A stretch of 64,000 nucleotides of DNA from Haliotis rubra (taxonomy: Eukaryota). Of the stretch, positions 11,822 through 24,754 are shown piece by piece; the first letter of the stretch is position 1; each line of letters begins with the position of its first letter. The notes under the pieces are model-generated. The model was given only the letters and a program-made list of their open reading frames with translations, did not search any database and was not told where the DNA came from. Both the position numbers and the translations under genes were made by a program. The stretch is taken from NCBI RefSeq assembly GCF_003918875.1, contig NW_025766981.1, forward strand, positions 496,001 through 560,000. Direction: 5' to 3'.

Positions 11822-14800
11822 TCATCCATTGCTTGTCGTGTCTGTACACGTATGTGGGACCGATGACGTCGCCTCCTTGTTCACAGTCACGCCTTCACTG
11901 GGTGGAGGAACTGTTACCTCGTAGACAAGGTCCCCGCTGTCCCGAGAGATGCAGAGGAAGACCCTACAATATACAAAACCAGACACGTCAGCTGCATGTT
12001 ACGATCTGGCAGGGTTGGTTTCACCACGTAGTGAGGGAGGGAGGTTTTACGCCGCTTTTGGCAATATTCAAACACTATCACGGCGAGGGACTACATAATT
12101 AGGGTTAAACTGCGTTTGGGTTTAGCTGACTACTATTCAAGCTGAATACTTGCGGGTATACATAATTTACGTCCACAAATACAAATAATTACTGTTGGAA
12201 ACGCCAGTATACGCATAAAACATTCCCCAACCCCAGGCACGTGATTACATATAGTTGTGAGCCGTGACCAATCTGAGGCCTTGTAACAGCGTGTGGGAAG
12301 ACTGCAGGGGTTCAGACCAATGAAAACTCCCCTTATATCAGCCCTGTGGGGATACAGTGAAGAGACCCCAGGTACGTTAGGCGAGGAGGTTAGACTCGGT
12401 GACTTGGCTCATTGATTGTATGTCATCCTTTTCTCAAGGCAATAATACCCATCTCTCAAAGTCAAAATGGCTGAGTCCTTGTTCCAGCGATTCGGAATAT
12501 CGAGAGTGTTCAGACCAATGTTGCCCCGAGGGGATACAATGAATAGTTACTTTGTCGGGAGGTCAGGCTCGATGACTTGGTAATTGCGTGCCATCGTATT
12601 CTCGAGGCAATAATAGCTACTCACAATGTTAGTCTTCTGGCGCTGACTGGTTTGCTCAGAGTGTAATAATCATTTAATTTCCATTGTACTCCACAGGTCA
12701 TTACACGTATAACCTGGGACTACATATCCCGGTGCAGATCGTGGATGCACAAAATCCATTGCAGACCTCGTCTTACACAAGCCATTATATAAACCAACGA
12801 TTTTGCCAAAATCTCTTTTTTATTCATTTTGCAACGCCGTAGAAAGGGTTTGTATTGCTGATGGAAGTTAGCGTATCATCGTATGGGTTGCAGTTGCTGA
12901 AGATATATATAACTTGTGATACTTACACGATCAAACCAGCAGTGAGGACACCAAACCCTGCCATCATTATAAACACGGCCCCTCTGAACACTCCTACAGT
13001 ACTCTGATAAACGGCGTTGTAGAGAGTGTTGGACATGGTGTTGCAGATTGTTTCCATGGCAGCAATACTAGAGAATAAGGCACCTTCAGAGAAAGAAAAT
13101 CGGAAACATGAATCAAAGACCGTTTCATATTTATGTTCAGTAAAATGATATAGCATCTTGTGAAATCGAAAACATGAATTGAAGAGCGTTTCATATCTAT
13201 ATTCAGAAAAAAATTGGATATAGCACCTTTTAACAAAGAAAATCGGTATCATGGGAAAGCATTTCATATTTATGATCAGTATAAGAATATATCACGTTAT
13301 GAAATAGGAAACATGAATGGAAGAGCGTTTCATATGTATGCTCAGTAATAGGATGTAGCACATTCAAACGAAGACAATTGGAAACATGAATGGTGAGGGA
13401 GTTAGTATGGTTTTACGCCGTTTTTAGCAATATTCCAGCAATTTCACGGCGTGACATCAGAAATGGGCTTCACCCATTGTACCCATGTGTACCCGCCCCG
13501 AAACATAAATGGGAGAGCGTTTCATATTAATGTTCAATAATAGAATAAGACATGGGCAATCAAAGAGAATTGGAAAGATGAAGGGGAGAGTATTTCATAT
13601 TTATGTTTAAATTTCGTTCGAACAAGTGAACATTGATCAGAATGAATTTTTAAATCTAATCATTGCAACCGGTATACGAACTTACCTTGTTCTAGTGGAG
13701 AGGTCATTTTGGACATCGTTGCCCTGCTGACGGGAACAACATTGAAGGCTATGAATCCGATCACTGGCACTGAAACAAAGAAATGGTTCATATTATCTGG
13801 ATCAGCGTGAAAAATGGAGTTAGAAACTTTGTTGTCTGCATCACATCACATCATAATAACATGGAAATTTATTTGCCATGTCACAGGTTTGGCTGACCCA
13901 TGTTTCACGGTCAAATGTCAGTGTCAATGGTCAATGGGCAATTGGCTATTCCAACATTGGCATCCACTAACTGTTTCAATAGTTTCACAATAAAGGAAAT
14001 TACAGTTTCTATTTAATAATTATACATATTTTACTCCACATTTGTTACACGACTATTAAGGATTAACGGGGATTTGTATTCACACTTCACGTTATGGTGA
14101 TGGAACAGAAACCTTTAGAATATCTACCCGAATAAAGCATCCAATCGTTGACGGCCAGTCCCTCCATCACGAAGGATGCTGCTCCGAATGCTAGTCCTAT
14201 CAAGGCAATTGTCATATCCCGGAAGCAAGGCTGCAGAAGCTTCAGTCCAATGACGCTACATGCGACGGTGAAGGACAGTTTGATAGCACCATAGTAGCCG
14301 ATTTTCAAAGGGCTCCAACAAAACGGCCTGTCTAACTGATACAGAGTTTCTACTGAAGTCCGACCCAGATTGACAATTACTCCAAAATAAAATATAAGCA
14401 AAGCTAGTATATACATAGCTCTCTGTTTGCCTGAGCCACGTGTGAAGAAGAATCCAAAAACCTTCTTAACGTGTGGCAGCGGAGACCACTGTTTCTCCAT
14501 TTTGTTGGTCATAGTTTCAGGCAGCACTGTCACGACCACGAGAAGTGCGATACCAAAGATGGCAGCAACCATTATCGCAGCGAATAGGTAGCTTACATCC
14601 TCAATGATAAAACCAACAGCCAGCTGTCCAACTGCACCGGCAACAGCTAAGATTCCCTCCATGAGAGCTATCATGAAAGTACGCTTCCTTCCAGGGGTTG
14701 TGACGTCGGCAGTGTATGCAAACACGGCTAACAGAAAGGCAGTAAATCCTCCGGTACATCCTTCCAAAAGGTACGCAAGATAGGCCCAATTAAGAGACAT

Positions 14801-15241
14801 ATTGAAGCCAATGATGAAGCACATGAACGTTGCTTTCAGGGTTGCTCCAAAAGTTGGTACAAAAAACAGGAATCTTCTACCCAGAAAATCAGAGTAGGAC
14901 CCCAGAAGGAGGTTGACAAAGATTGAGACAATCGAACCCGGTAGCATAATAAAAAGCATAAGTTCTGACGCCTCTTCTTGGATTTTGATTCCAAGTCTTA
15001 CGTTGTCGTCACTGTTATTTCTTTTGCAGACGTCATCAGCGCCGACGCTACCGTTGGTGTTGTTGGAGTAACTCTCAGCTACTCTGACCCGTATATACTG
15101 GCTGAGGAGCGGAACGAGGGAGATCAAGCCAGACATGTACAGAATCATCATTACCCCACACAGAATCATGGCCTTTACGAACGACTTGGGCTTGGGGTCC
15201 ACCTCCCCAAGGAGCGGCTCCTGTTCCTCCTCCTTCGACAT
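11822..15241 (-). CDS. SLC46-family transporter, paralog 3 (498 aa, 4 exons)
   Basis: ATG 15241 (MSKEEEQEPLL). Exons 15241-14128, 13769-13686 (84), 13083-12927 (157), 11963-11822 (TGA); 1497 nt in frame. Close paralog of gene 2 (identical RGSGKQRAMYILALLIF and PFCWSPLKIGYYGAI). Confidence 0.92.
13084..13610. repeat. Degenerate ~55-70-bp tandem repeat in intron 2 of paralog 3, interrupted by a SINE A remnant
   Basis: Recurring GAAACATGAAT...GAGCGTTTCATATTTATGTTCAG...TAGCAC units; deleted SINE A at about 13400-13500. Confidence 0.75.
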
Positions 15242-15594
15242 TGTGGACAAGACTGGTGTTTTAGTCCTCCTGAAACATAGTCATAGGAACTGTAGATAGC
15301 GCTGGCGCTCTGCGAGAGAACATATGACCACTGCCTGTCAGAAAGTAGTCTTCGCTGTTCTAAAGGTCATTAAATGAACCGATCTGCCTTGTGCGTAGGT
15401 GGGCGTGTTAGGAGTATCGCGTGATGGTGGGTTGAGTTGACAGTGTGATCAGTATCAGTATATAATCTCGTATCAAACTCACACTTCACATGTTCCCCGA
15501 TTAATGCGGTTGTGTGGTCTGTAATTATGTATGCAACGAGGATAAAAGTGACCGGTCATTAACATAGTTTATTAAGTGCGTTGGACTGCCGACT

Positions 15595-15767
15595 GGGGCG
15601 GTGGGGTAGCCTAGTGGTTAAAGCGTTCACTCGTCACGCCGTAGACCCGGGTTCGATTCCCCACATGGGTACAATGTGTGAAGCCCATTTCTGGTGTCCC
15701 CCGCCGTGATGTTGCTGGAATATTGCTAAAAGCGGCGTAAAACCAAACTCAGTCAGTCAGTCAGTCA
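15595..15767 (+). mobile_element. SINE family A, full-length
   Basis: GGGGCGGTGGGGTAGCCTAGTGGTTAAAGCG...GGGTTCGATTCCCC...GCGGCGTAAAA(CAGT)n with TSD GACTGCCGACT. At least 20 further copies or fragments, e.g. 17799-18025, 18118-18287, 32328-32495, 37125-37283, 38649-38795, 42655-42810, 42963-43131, 46553-46713, 51152-51317, 61430-61590. Confidence 0.9.
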
Positions 15768-16826
15768 GACTGCCGACTTATAGCAGGGATATTGCTCAGA
15801 GCAGTGTCGAACAATAAACAAAAAGGACTTATAATTAGTAATGACGTGAAGTCCACATCTGATTTCTCCTTGATCGAGTACATGAGTTGTGTTTAATACG
15901 ACGAAGAAGAATGTATCAGTTATATTGTGTTGGAAAGTCGCTTGTGCCTTACAATTCAGCTTCTCGGCGAAGCTTCTCAGAGAGATCTATGTTGACAGGG
16001 TTCATTATCGGGGCAAATGGATAACACGACCTACGATAAGACGGACCTGACGCGGCTACGGTATATACTTCGATTAGCCAGCTTACGCCATGTGCATTCG
16101 TACATGTAGAGCCGAACACACCGTCACCTTGGTTCCCTGCTATCTATGACCTGTGAGATCAGAGGTCACTTCAGAGCAATCTCACACGTCCGTGTGTACT
16201 TGACATTGAACGGCAACGTTGATGATTATTATTATTCTATGGAGGTGTTGCTCTCTCGATGACGATGGGGTCATTCAGAGTGCAAGGTCAATGAACAGGT
16301 CTATCAGTAGCAGTACTAAACAAAGAGCTAAGTGATTCACTGGGATTTGATCTTTCCTGGACGTTTATATTCATTCTATCGTTCTGTGTGTTACTCTCGG
16401 TAACCACTATTATTTACTCTGCACATCACACCCGTTACACACAGACGTATTTTGAAGCTCACAACACTCTGTGTTTGTACATAGCCTACCTGTATTGATA
16501 ACGTCCGCGCGTCGTTGTACCTGCAGTTGATCTATTGCAGGACTCGTAACACAGCGAGGCTGTACCGACTGCAATACATCAGCCCGAGGCAAGAGACAAT
16601 AAAAGTCAGGTTTCCACCGGTTTGCTCGTTTGTTTAACGCCACACTCAGTAATATTCCGGCTATATGTCGGCGGCCTGTAAATAATCGATTATGGACCAG
16701 GCAATCTGGATCACCATCATGAGCATCGATCTACGCATTTGGGATACGATGACATGTGTCAAAAAGGTAAGCGAGCCTGAACGCCCGATCCCGATAGTCG
16801 CCCCTTACGACAGACAACTATAAAAA

Positions 16827-17369
16827 TAGTCCGTTTGGCTCAAAAGCGGACCGATGAATTGCAATCTAACTCGAAAACTAATAAACATAAAATACTCAAT
16901 GAAACGCTGATCATAATCAAAACATCATACCAACTCTGTGAGTTTTTGGAAGAATTTGTGTCCCAAAAATAAAAAAGTTGTTTAACAAACTATCATTAAA
17001 ATATTGACACAGTTCACTGTTTGTTACGAGGGAGGAGTGCAGAGAAAGGGACAGCCAGGTGTTCGAGAAGCACGTTCACAGACAAAGTTATTTATTCATT
17101 AACCTGTGCTGTGCCGTCTCCATCCGTTCTCGAACATCTGGCTGTCCCTTTCTCTGCACTCCTCCCTCGTTTAAAATAATGAACTGTGTCAATATTTTAA
17201 TGATAGTATGTTAAACAACTTTTTTATTTTTAGGACAAAAATTCTGCAAAAAACTCACAGAGTGGGTATGATGTTTTGATTATGATCAGCGTTTCATTGA
17301 GTATTTTATGTTTATTAGTTTTCGAGTTAGATTGCAATTCATCGGTCCGATTTGGAGCCAAACGGACTA
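16827..17369. mobile_element. Foldback/MITE with ~243-bp terminal inverted repeats (TAG...CTA ends) inserted in a SINE B copy
   Basis: Arms 16827-17069 and 17127-17369 are near-perfect reverse complements around a ~57-bp spacer. SINE B sequence resumes on both sides (CTTACGACA ... GCATGGGTTGCTGAAG). Confidence 0.85.
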
Positions 17370-17798
17370 TATATATTTTTTTTATAGCATGGGTTGCTGA
17401 AGACCACTTCTAACCCGGATCAACACGGATAGGCTGAGAGCGAGCGAACTTGGTAGAAAGTACTCCACGGCTTTGCTGTTATTCGATAGTTCAGTAGTAC
17501 GCCGACCACATTATCATACCATTATAATACTGGTAGTATACTTATCTGACACTGATATTTATGATATTGCGCCCGACCTAGCACAGCATGTTATTAGCCG
17601 TGACAGCTTGACTGACTTGTGATGAAGTCTGTAGTTCTGTTTCATATGAACTGTTTAACCTCCCATTGCCCGGCCAGATGTATACTGCATTGTTACCTGT
17701 ATCATGCCTAATGTATATAAAGACACTTAGACTTGATTATGATTATCAGTGCCAATGTAATCTATACTAACTACGTGGATATTTACAGATAACTGGAA

Positions 17799-17880
17799 GT
17801 GAGTGAGTGAGTGAGTGAGTGAGTGAGTGAGTGAGTGAGTGAGTGAGTGAGTGAGTGAGTGAGTGAGTGAGTGAGTGAGT
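17799..17880. repeat. (GAGT)n microsatellite, expanded tail of a SINE A copy
   Basis: About 20 perfect GAGT units directly abutting the 3' end of a minus-strand SINE A. Confidence 0.9.
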
Positions 17881-18546
17881 GTAGCCTTACGCCGGCAATA
17901 TTCCAGCAATATCACGGCAGGGGACAACAGGAATGAGCTTCACACATTGCACCCATGTGGGGAATCGAACCCGGTTCTTCGGTGTGACAAGCGGACGCTA
18001 TAACCACTAGGCTACCCCACCGCCCAGCTAGAACATAAAGTGCAGATTTAGACAATAAATAAACACAAACGAGATATCATCAGTGTGTATATATATATAC
18101 ATGTTTTGTAAGAAAGACAGACTGACTGACTGAGTTTAGTTTTACGCCGCTTTTAGCAATATTCCAGCAATATCACGGCGGGGGACACCAGAAATGGGCT
18201 TAACACATTGTGCCCATGTGGGGAATCGAACCCGGGTCTTCGGCCTGACGAGCCAACGCTTTAACCACTAGGCTACCCCACCGCCCCTTGTAAGAAAGAG
18301 ACAAGCGTAATTAATCCCGATGCCGCGACAAAAGTCAGTGCGGAAATGTCTCATTGTGCTTGTGTGAGCGTAACCCATGTACCTGGCAATGCGTACGGTG
18401 CGCCTACAATCAAGCGCCTTATTGTGTAAACATTTATCAGTGACCACAGGTCATTTGGGGTTCACTGCTCTGTGTTAGTCAATGATGTATTGGGCAGCTG
18501 GCAAATATCAGCTGTATCATGGCGTCCTGGAGACTAACATCTATTT

Positions 18547-20064
18547 TACAGTCAAAAAGAAACGCAACCCCTGTCCTCAGATATGAAAAATTCGTTTGAA
18601 TGAAGTTATTGCTTCCAAACTAAATTTTATTCGAATGTATTGAAATTATACACGTAATTAATGAAGATTACCATCAAACAACTGCATTTGTACGCATAAG
18701 TGTATTTTATTGCTTATTCCGTCACAACGCATGAAATGACCCTCATGGTGACTTCGCACAAAAAAAACACATGCAAATCATGAAAATGGCAGTTAATGTA
18801 GGGGTGTATAAAAGCCCATGTGCTTTCGTATTATATTCATTCATTTGTCGCCGAAAAGCTGTGTTAAAATGCCACGATTGAGTGCTGCCGACCGAAATAT
18901 CGCCATTGGTCGTGTTCAAGCCGGAGAAAGTTTTGGAACTGTTGCACGGCACCTAAATGTTCACAAAACAACGATATCCCGACTTTGGAGCCGCTACAAC
19001 AACTTCAATTTGACCAACGATCGCCCGAGAAGTGGAAGGCCAAGAATCACGACCCCCTTCAAGATCGGTACATCCGGGTCCATCACCTGCGTAATCGGCA
19101 TGCCCTACCAACCGTGACTGCCACACAAATACCAGGTTTGAGGAGAGTGTCAGCTCAAACGATTAGGAACCGTCTGAAAGAAGCGGGTTTACGTGCCTGT
19201 AGACCAGTTGTTGGACCTGTACTACGCCCCTACATCTCCGCCGACGACTCAGGTGGTGCAACAACGTAAGGATATGGACTTTACAAAACTGGAGGCGCAT
19301 CTGGTTTCTGATGAATCCCGTTTTCTTTTGCAACATCACGACGGAAGAAAAAACGTGTGTATAGGAGACGTCATGAACGTTTTGCGCCCATCTGCGTCCG
19401 ACAGGGGACAGATTTTAGCGGAGAAAGCGTTATGGTTTGGGGATCCATCTCATACAACCAGAAATCAGACTTGGTGATCGTTGAAGGAACCTGACAGCCC
19501 AACGTTACATCAACCACGTATTACAGCCTCACCTTCTCCCGATTATTGACCAACAGACACAGATTTTTCAACCAGACAACGCCCGGCCTCATACTGCACG
19601 TGCAACAATGAACTTTCTGCAGAATTCCAACGTCAATGTCTTGCCATAGCCCTCTAAATCACCAGACCTCAACCCTATTGAACACCTGTGGGATACTCTG
19701 GGTCGACGCGTACGTCAACGTCAGCCGCCGCCACAGACGCTGCAACAGCTCGGCGTTGCACTGCAGGAGGAGTGGAGAGCCATTCCCCAGGAAAGAATCC
19801 GGCATCTTATCCGTTCTTGTCCAAGGAGATGCCGTGCAATGATTGCAGCTCGTGGTGCTCATACGAGATACTGAAAGACGCCCCCTGGTGACAAACTGGT
19901 GTCTGTGAGATGACTTTTGAAATGACAATTTTAAACATGCCCATCTTGGTTATTATTCTGCCAAATTTCAGACTTCTGTCTTAAATAATAAAATGCTGTG
20001 TTGTCTTAAAACTTCAGATCAAAATCTCTAAAATACAGGGGTTGCGTTTCTTTTTTGACAGAGT
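18547..20064 (+). mobile_element. Near full-length Tc1 (DD34E) DNA transposon with disrupted transposase
   Basis: TIRs GTCAAAAAGAAACGCAACCCCTGT / ACAGGGGTTGCGTTTCTTTTTTGAC. Transposase 18869 (MPRLSAADRN) to 19873 (GAHTRY*), with GRPR, SDES, DNARPH and SPDLNPIE, and 34 residues between the second D and E. Several frameshifts and a W-to-TAG stop. Confidence 0.92.
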
Positions 20065-23000
20065 TTATTTTACAGACAAAATTAAAATAAAACACAATAA
20101 AAAGGAGCCCAGGGACTTTCTTCATTTTCAGAAACTGTGGTAATCTAGACTTGCCACACATTCTAGACTTGCGTGGGCTACATTGGGTATATTTGTTTCA
20201 GGGTCTATATGACAGACTAGGTATCCTGTAAAAAGGTGAGTCTGACCAGGCAAATTAGTGGTTGACCGCATGAGCGATCCCTGATATCGGGTTATGATGA
20301 CAAAGAATCACATACCGAGCCCTCTTTCCTTCCTTAACTGAAAAATGTAATATATTAGGGAGCTATCCTGGACTTTTGATAATAGCATGAATCACTTTCG
20401 GGATAAAATCATCGTGTAAGGTTTTGTTAATACTGTTACAGTGCATATATTTCTTCATACAGTTTTATATTTTTTACAAATTATTCTTAAAAAAGGAAAT
20501 CCGTATATGTGCAACTCGCTGTGCATAGTCTGTCTTGTTAATGGCATAACTTGTCAAGCACAGCGGCAGTCATTCAGCAAACCTGTCCACGCCAATCGTA
20601 AACTAATTAATCAAAGATGAGGTTAGTGAGCTGTGTCGGCACCGGCCTTTCTTCTCAGGTACATCCCTTGGCCAAGTGCAGATAAGTATTCCCATCCCAG
20701 CAGGTGAATGTTTTACCAGCAATTAAAAATCAACTTTTGTTGAACAAGACCGAGACTACCATCTTACCATCCTCTTTGTCCTGTCGTAAATGCCATGGTC
20801 AAGCGATGACAGATATTTTGTTAGCAGGTGGCCCAAGTTGACCGTGGCTACGCCATAAAGAAAACCAAACCTTGTTAGGTAATCATCTTCTTACCACCTA
20901 CCTCGTGTAGTAAACTTTGTCAGCATAGGGTAGATAACGCATATGGAATCTCCAACTTTAATTTAGAGAAACTTGATAATGACAAACAAGTAGAGCTGTG
21001 GGTTATAAAATCCTGGGTTCTTCCATCTCAGGCACACATGCTTGAATAAACCCAAGGAACTCACAGCTCTCTCCTTTCTTGTTTCAAGGCTCGCTCCCAA
21101 TAGCTAATTCCCCAAATCTAGGCCTGACAGCACCTTTATCACACCTAACGCTAAAGATCGTCTTAATTGACACAACAGAGCTGTCTTAGTACGCTTGTTT
21201 CAAGCTGCGAGTATACAGGTCCATGTGCCACCACGGATTGGCTTCAAACTGTGTTACCCGATACGCTTTCCCAACGAGCCACCTTATTACTTATCTACAG
21301 TAACACGATAAATACACTCAACTGTTTAACAATAACTCATTGTGAGACGAAATTTGTAAAATCTCACCTGGTGCATTTTGATATCCTATGGTTCCGCGCG
21401 AGTGGATAATCATCCAAAAAGGACTTACTGGTAATGAGGTGAAGTCCACATCAGACTGATTTCTCCTTGATCGAGTACATGAGTTGTGTTTAATGCGGCG
21501 ACGAAGAATGTATAAGTTATATTGCCTTGGAAAGACACTCGTGCCTTACAATTCACCTTCTCGGAGACATAGAGAATACTAAACGATGTCCCGTGTAATA
21601 CCATATTTATGAAACTTGTGAATGGTATTGGTATCTAACTCGCTTTCGCTCGTGGTATTTCACGGGACATCGTTAAGTATTTTATTCATTACTCACCCAA
21701 CATTAGCAAAATAATATCTCAGAATTCAACTTAGTCATTACAGGGTCACGCGTATGAATACATTTCATTTATGATTGTCAGCATTAGTCTATTTGATTTT
21801 ATTTTGTAAAAATAGGTTAGGGTGTATGAAAAAGAGACCAAATGACTTCAACCAACATAATCTCTTTTTATATAAATGGTATAACACGCAACCGAACAGT
21901 TGAAACTTTGTTTTGACCACGTTACTTTGGTCACTTGACCGAGTGCAAATAGTTCCGACAGCACGCGATGTTATTACACAATGTGTAATAACATTGTAGA
22001 TTTGTTAGTGACAGAGTTTATTTTACAGACAAAATTAAAATAAAACACAATAAAAAGGAGCCCAGGACTTTCTTCATTTTCAGAAACTGTGGTAATCTAG
22101 ACTTGCCACACATTCTAGACTTGCGTGGGCTACATTGGGTATATTTGTTTCAGGGTCTATATGACAGACTAGGTATCCTGTAAAAAGGTGAGTCTGACCA
22201 GGCAAATTAGTGGTTGACCGCATGAGCGATCCCTGATATCGGGTTATGATGACAAAGAATCACATACCGAGCCCTCTTTCCCTTCCTTAACTGAAAAATG
22301 TAATATATTAGGGAGCTATCCTGGACTTTTGATAATAGCATGAATCACTTTCGGGATAAAATCATCGTGTAAGGTTTTGTTAATACTGTTACAGTGCATA
22401 TATTTCTTCATACAGTTTTATATTTTTTACAAATTATTCTTAAAAAAGGAAATCCGTATATGTGCAACTCGCTGTGCATAGTCTGTCTTGTTAATGGCAT
22501 AACTTGTCAAGCACAGCGGCAGTCATTCAGCAAACCTGTCCACGCCAATCGTAAACTAATTAATCAAAGATGAGGTTAGTGAGCTGTGTCGGCACCGGCC
22601 TTTCTTCTCAGGTACATCCCTTGGCCAAGTGCAGATAAGTATTCCCATCCCAGCAGGTGAATGTTTTACCAGCAATTAAAAATCAACTTTTGTTGAACAA
22701 GACCGAGACTACCATCTTACCATCCTCTTTGTCCTGTCGTAAATGCCATGGTCAAGCGATGACAGATATTTTGTTAGCAGGTGGCCCAAGTTGACCGTGG
22801 CTACGCCATAAAGAAAACCAAACCTTGTTAGGTAATCATCTTCTTACCACCTACCTCGTGTAGTAAACTTTGTCAGCATAGGGTAGATAACGCATATGGA
22901 ATCTCCAACTTTAATTTAGAGAAACTTGATAATGACAAACAAGTAGAGCTGTGGGTTATAAAATCCTGGGTTCTTCCATCTCAGGCACACATGCTTGAAT

Positions 23001-23970
23001 AAACCCAAGGAACTCACAGCTCTCTCCTTTCTTGTTTCAAGGCTCGCTCCCCAATAGCTAATTCCCCAAATCTAGGCCTGACAGCACCTTTATCACACCT
23101 AACGCTAAAGATCGTCTTAATTGACACAACAGAGCTGTCTTAGTACGCTTGTTTCAAGCTGCGAGTATACAGGTCCATGTGCCACCACGGATTGGCTTCA
23201 AACTGTGTTACCCGATACGCTTTCCCAACGAGCCACCTTATTACTTATCTACAGTAACACGATAAATACACTCAACTGTTTAACAATAACTCATTGTGAG
23301 ACGAAATTTGTAAAATCTCACCTGGTGCATTTTGATATCCTATGGTTCCGCGCGAGTGGATAATCATCCAAAAAGGACTTACTGGTAATGAGGTGAAGTC
23401 CACATCAGACTGATTTCTCCTTGATCGAGTACATGAGTTGTGTTTAATGCGGCGACGAAGAATGTATAAGTTATATTGCCTTGGAAAGACACTCGTGCCT
23501 TACAATTCACCTTCTCGGAGACATAGAGAATACTAAACGATGTCCCGTGTAATACCATATTTATGAAACTTGTGAATGGTATTGATATCTAACTCGCTTT
23601 CGCTCGTGGTATTTCACGGGACATCGTTAAGTATTTTATTCATTACTCACCCAACATTAGCAAAATAATATCTCAGAATTCAACTTACTTTACGGGTGCT
23701 TTACGCCGTCATTACAGGGGTCACGCGTATGAATACATTTCATTTATGATTGTCAGCATTAGTCTATTTGATTTTATTTTGTAAAAATAGGTTAGGGTGT
23801 ATGAAAAAGAGACCAAATGACTTCAACCAACATAATCTCTTTTTATATAAATGGTATAACACGCAACCGAACAGTTGAAACTTTGTTTTGACCACGTTAC
23901 TTTGGTCACGTGACCGAGTGCAAATAGTTCCGACAGCACGCGATGTTATTACACAACATTGTAGATTTGT
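20056..23970. repeat. ~1.95-kb near-identical tandem duplication (about 20056-22005 and 22009-23970)
   Basis: The same sequence, including an identical spurious 80-aa ORF (21167 and 23121), occurs twice, differing only by small indels and a few substitutions. Confidence 0.92.
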
Positions 23971-24456
23971 AATCAACGGGTGAGGCTTAAGTATAATTTA
24001 CCACATTGTACCCATGTTGGGATTCGAACCTGGTCTTCGGCGTGACGAGCCAACGCTTTAACCACTAGGCTACCCCACCGCCCTCAAACCATTTATGCAT
24101 ACCAGTACACATGTAATCATCGTAGAATGGGTTGTTTACACTGCGAAGGACAAGGGCAAGGGATAAAATAACGGTATCTGTCATTTATGGATGTTATTTA
24201 CGAATAAATAGGCAAATATGAACGGTCCGCTGGGTAATTTATATTTTCTGTGTTATTATACAAACATGGCGTCGCGTTTGAGTCAGAATTGATGGCATAG
24301 CAGATCACTATTCGCTTAGAAGTCATATTGTTTTGTTCGTGGTCGATAGGACTGATTACTAAGGTCAACTAAGGTTCGACATGCAGTTAAAAAACACGGA
24401 AAAAACACTGCTGAAAGTTCGTACACTGTGACACTTGTCAATGTTATCTTTCCTGT

Positions 24457-24754
24457 NNNNNNNNNNNNNNNNNNNNNNNNNNNNNNNNNNNNNNNNNNNN
24501 NNNNNNNNNNNNNNNNNNNNNNNNNNNNNNNNNNNNNNNNNNNNNNNNNNNNNNNNNNNNNNNNNNNNNNNNNNNNNNNNNNNNNNNNNNNNNNNNNNNN
24601 NNNNNNNNNNNNNNNNNNNNNNNNNNNNNNNNNNNNNNNNNNNNNNNNNNNNNNNNNNNNNNNNNNNNNNNNNNNNNNNNNNNNNNNNNNNNNNNNNNNN
24701 NNNNNNNNNNNNNNNNNNNNNNNNNNNNNNNNNNNNNNNNNNNNNNNNNNNNNN
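24457..24754. other. Assembly gap (298 N)
   Basis: Run of N. Confidence 1.

Noticed and set aside
15595-15670. tRNA-Asp genes (also tRNA-like heads at 2630, 46032 and elsewhere)
   Set aside because: Heads of multi-copy SINEs with tails and TSDs; no proper acceptor stem.
21167-23363. Duplicated 80-aa gene
   Set aside because: TTG start, no recognisable domain; the identity simply reflects the 1.95-kb duplication.
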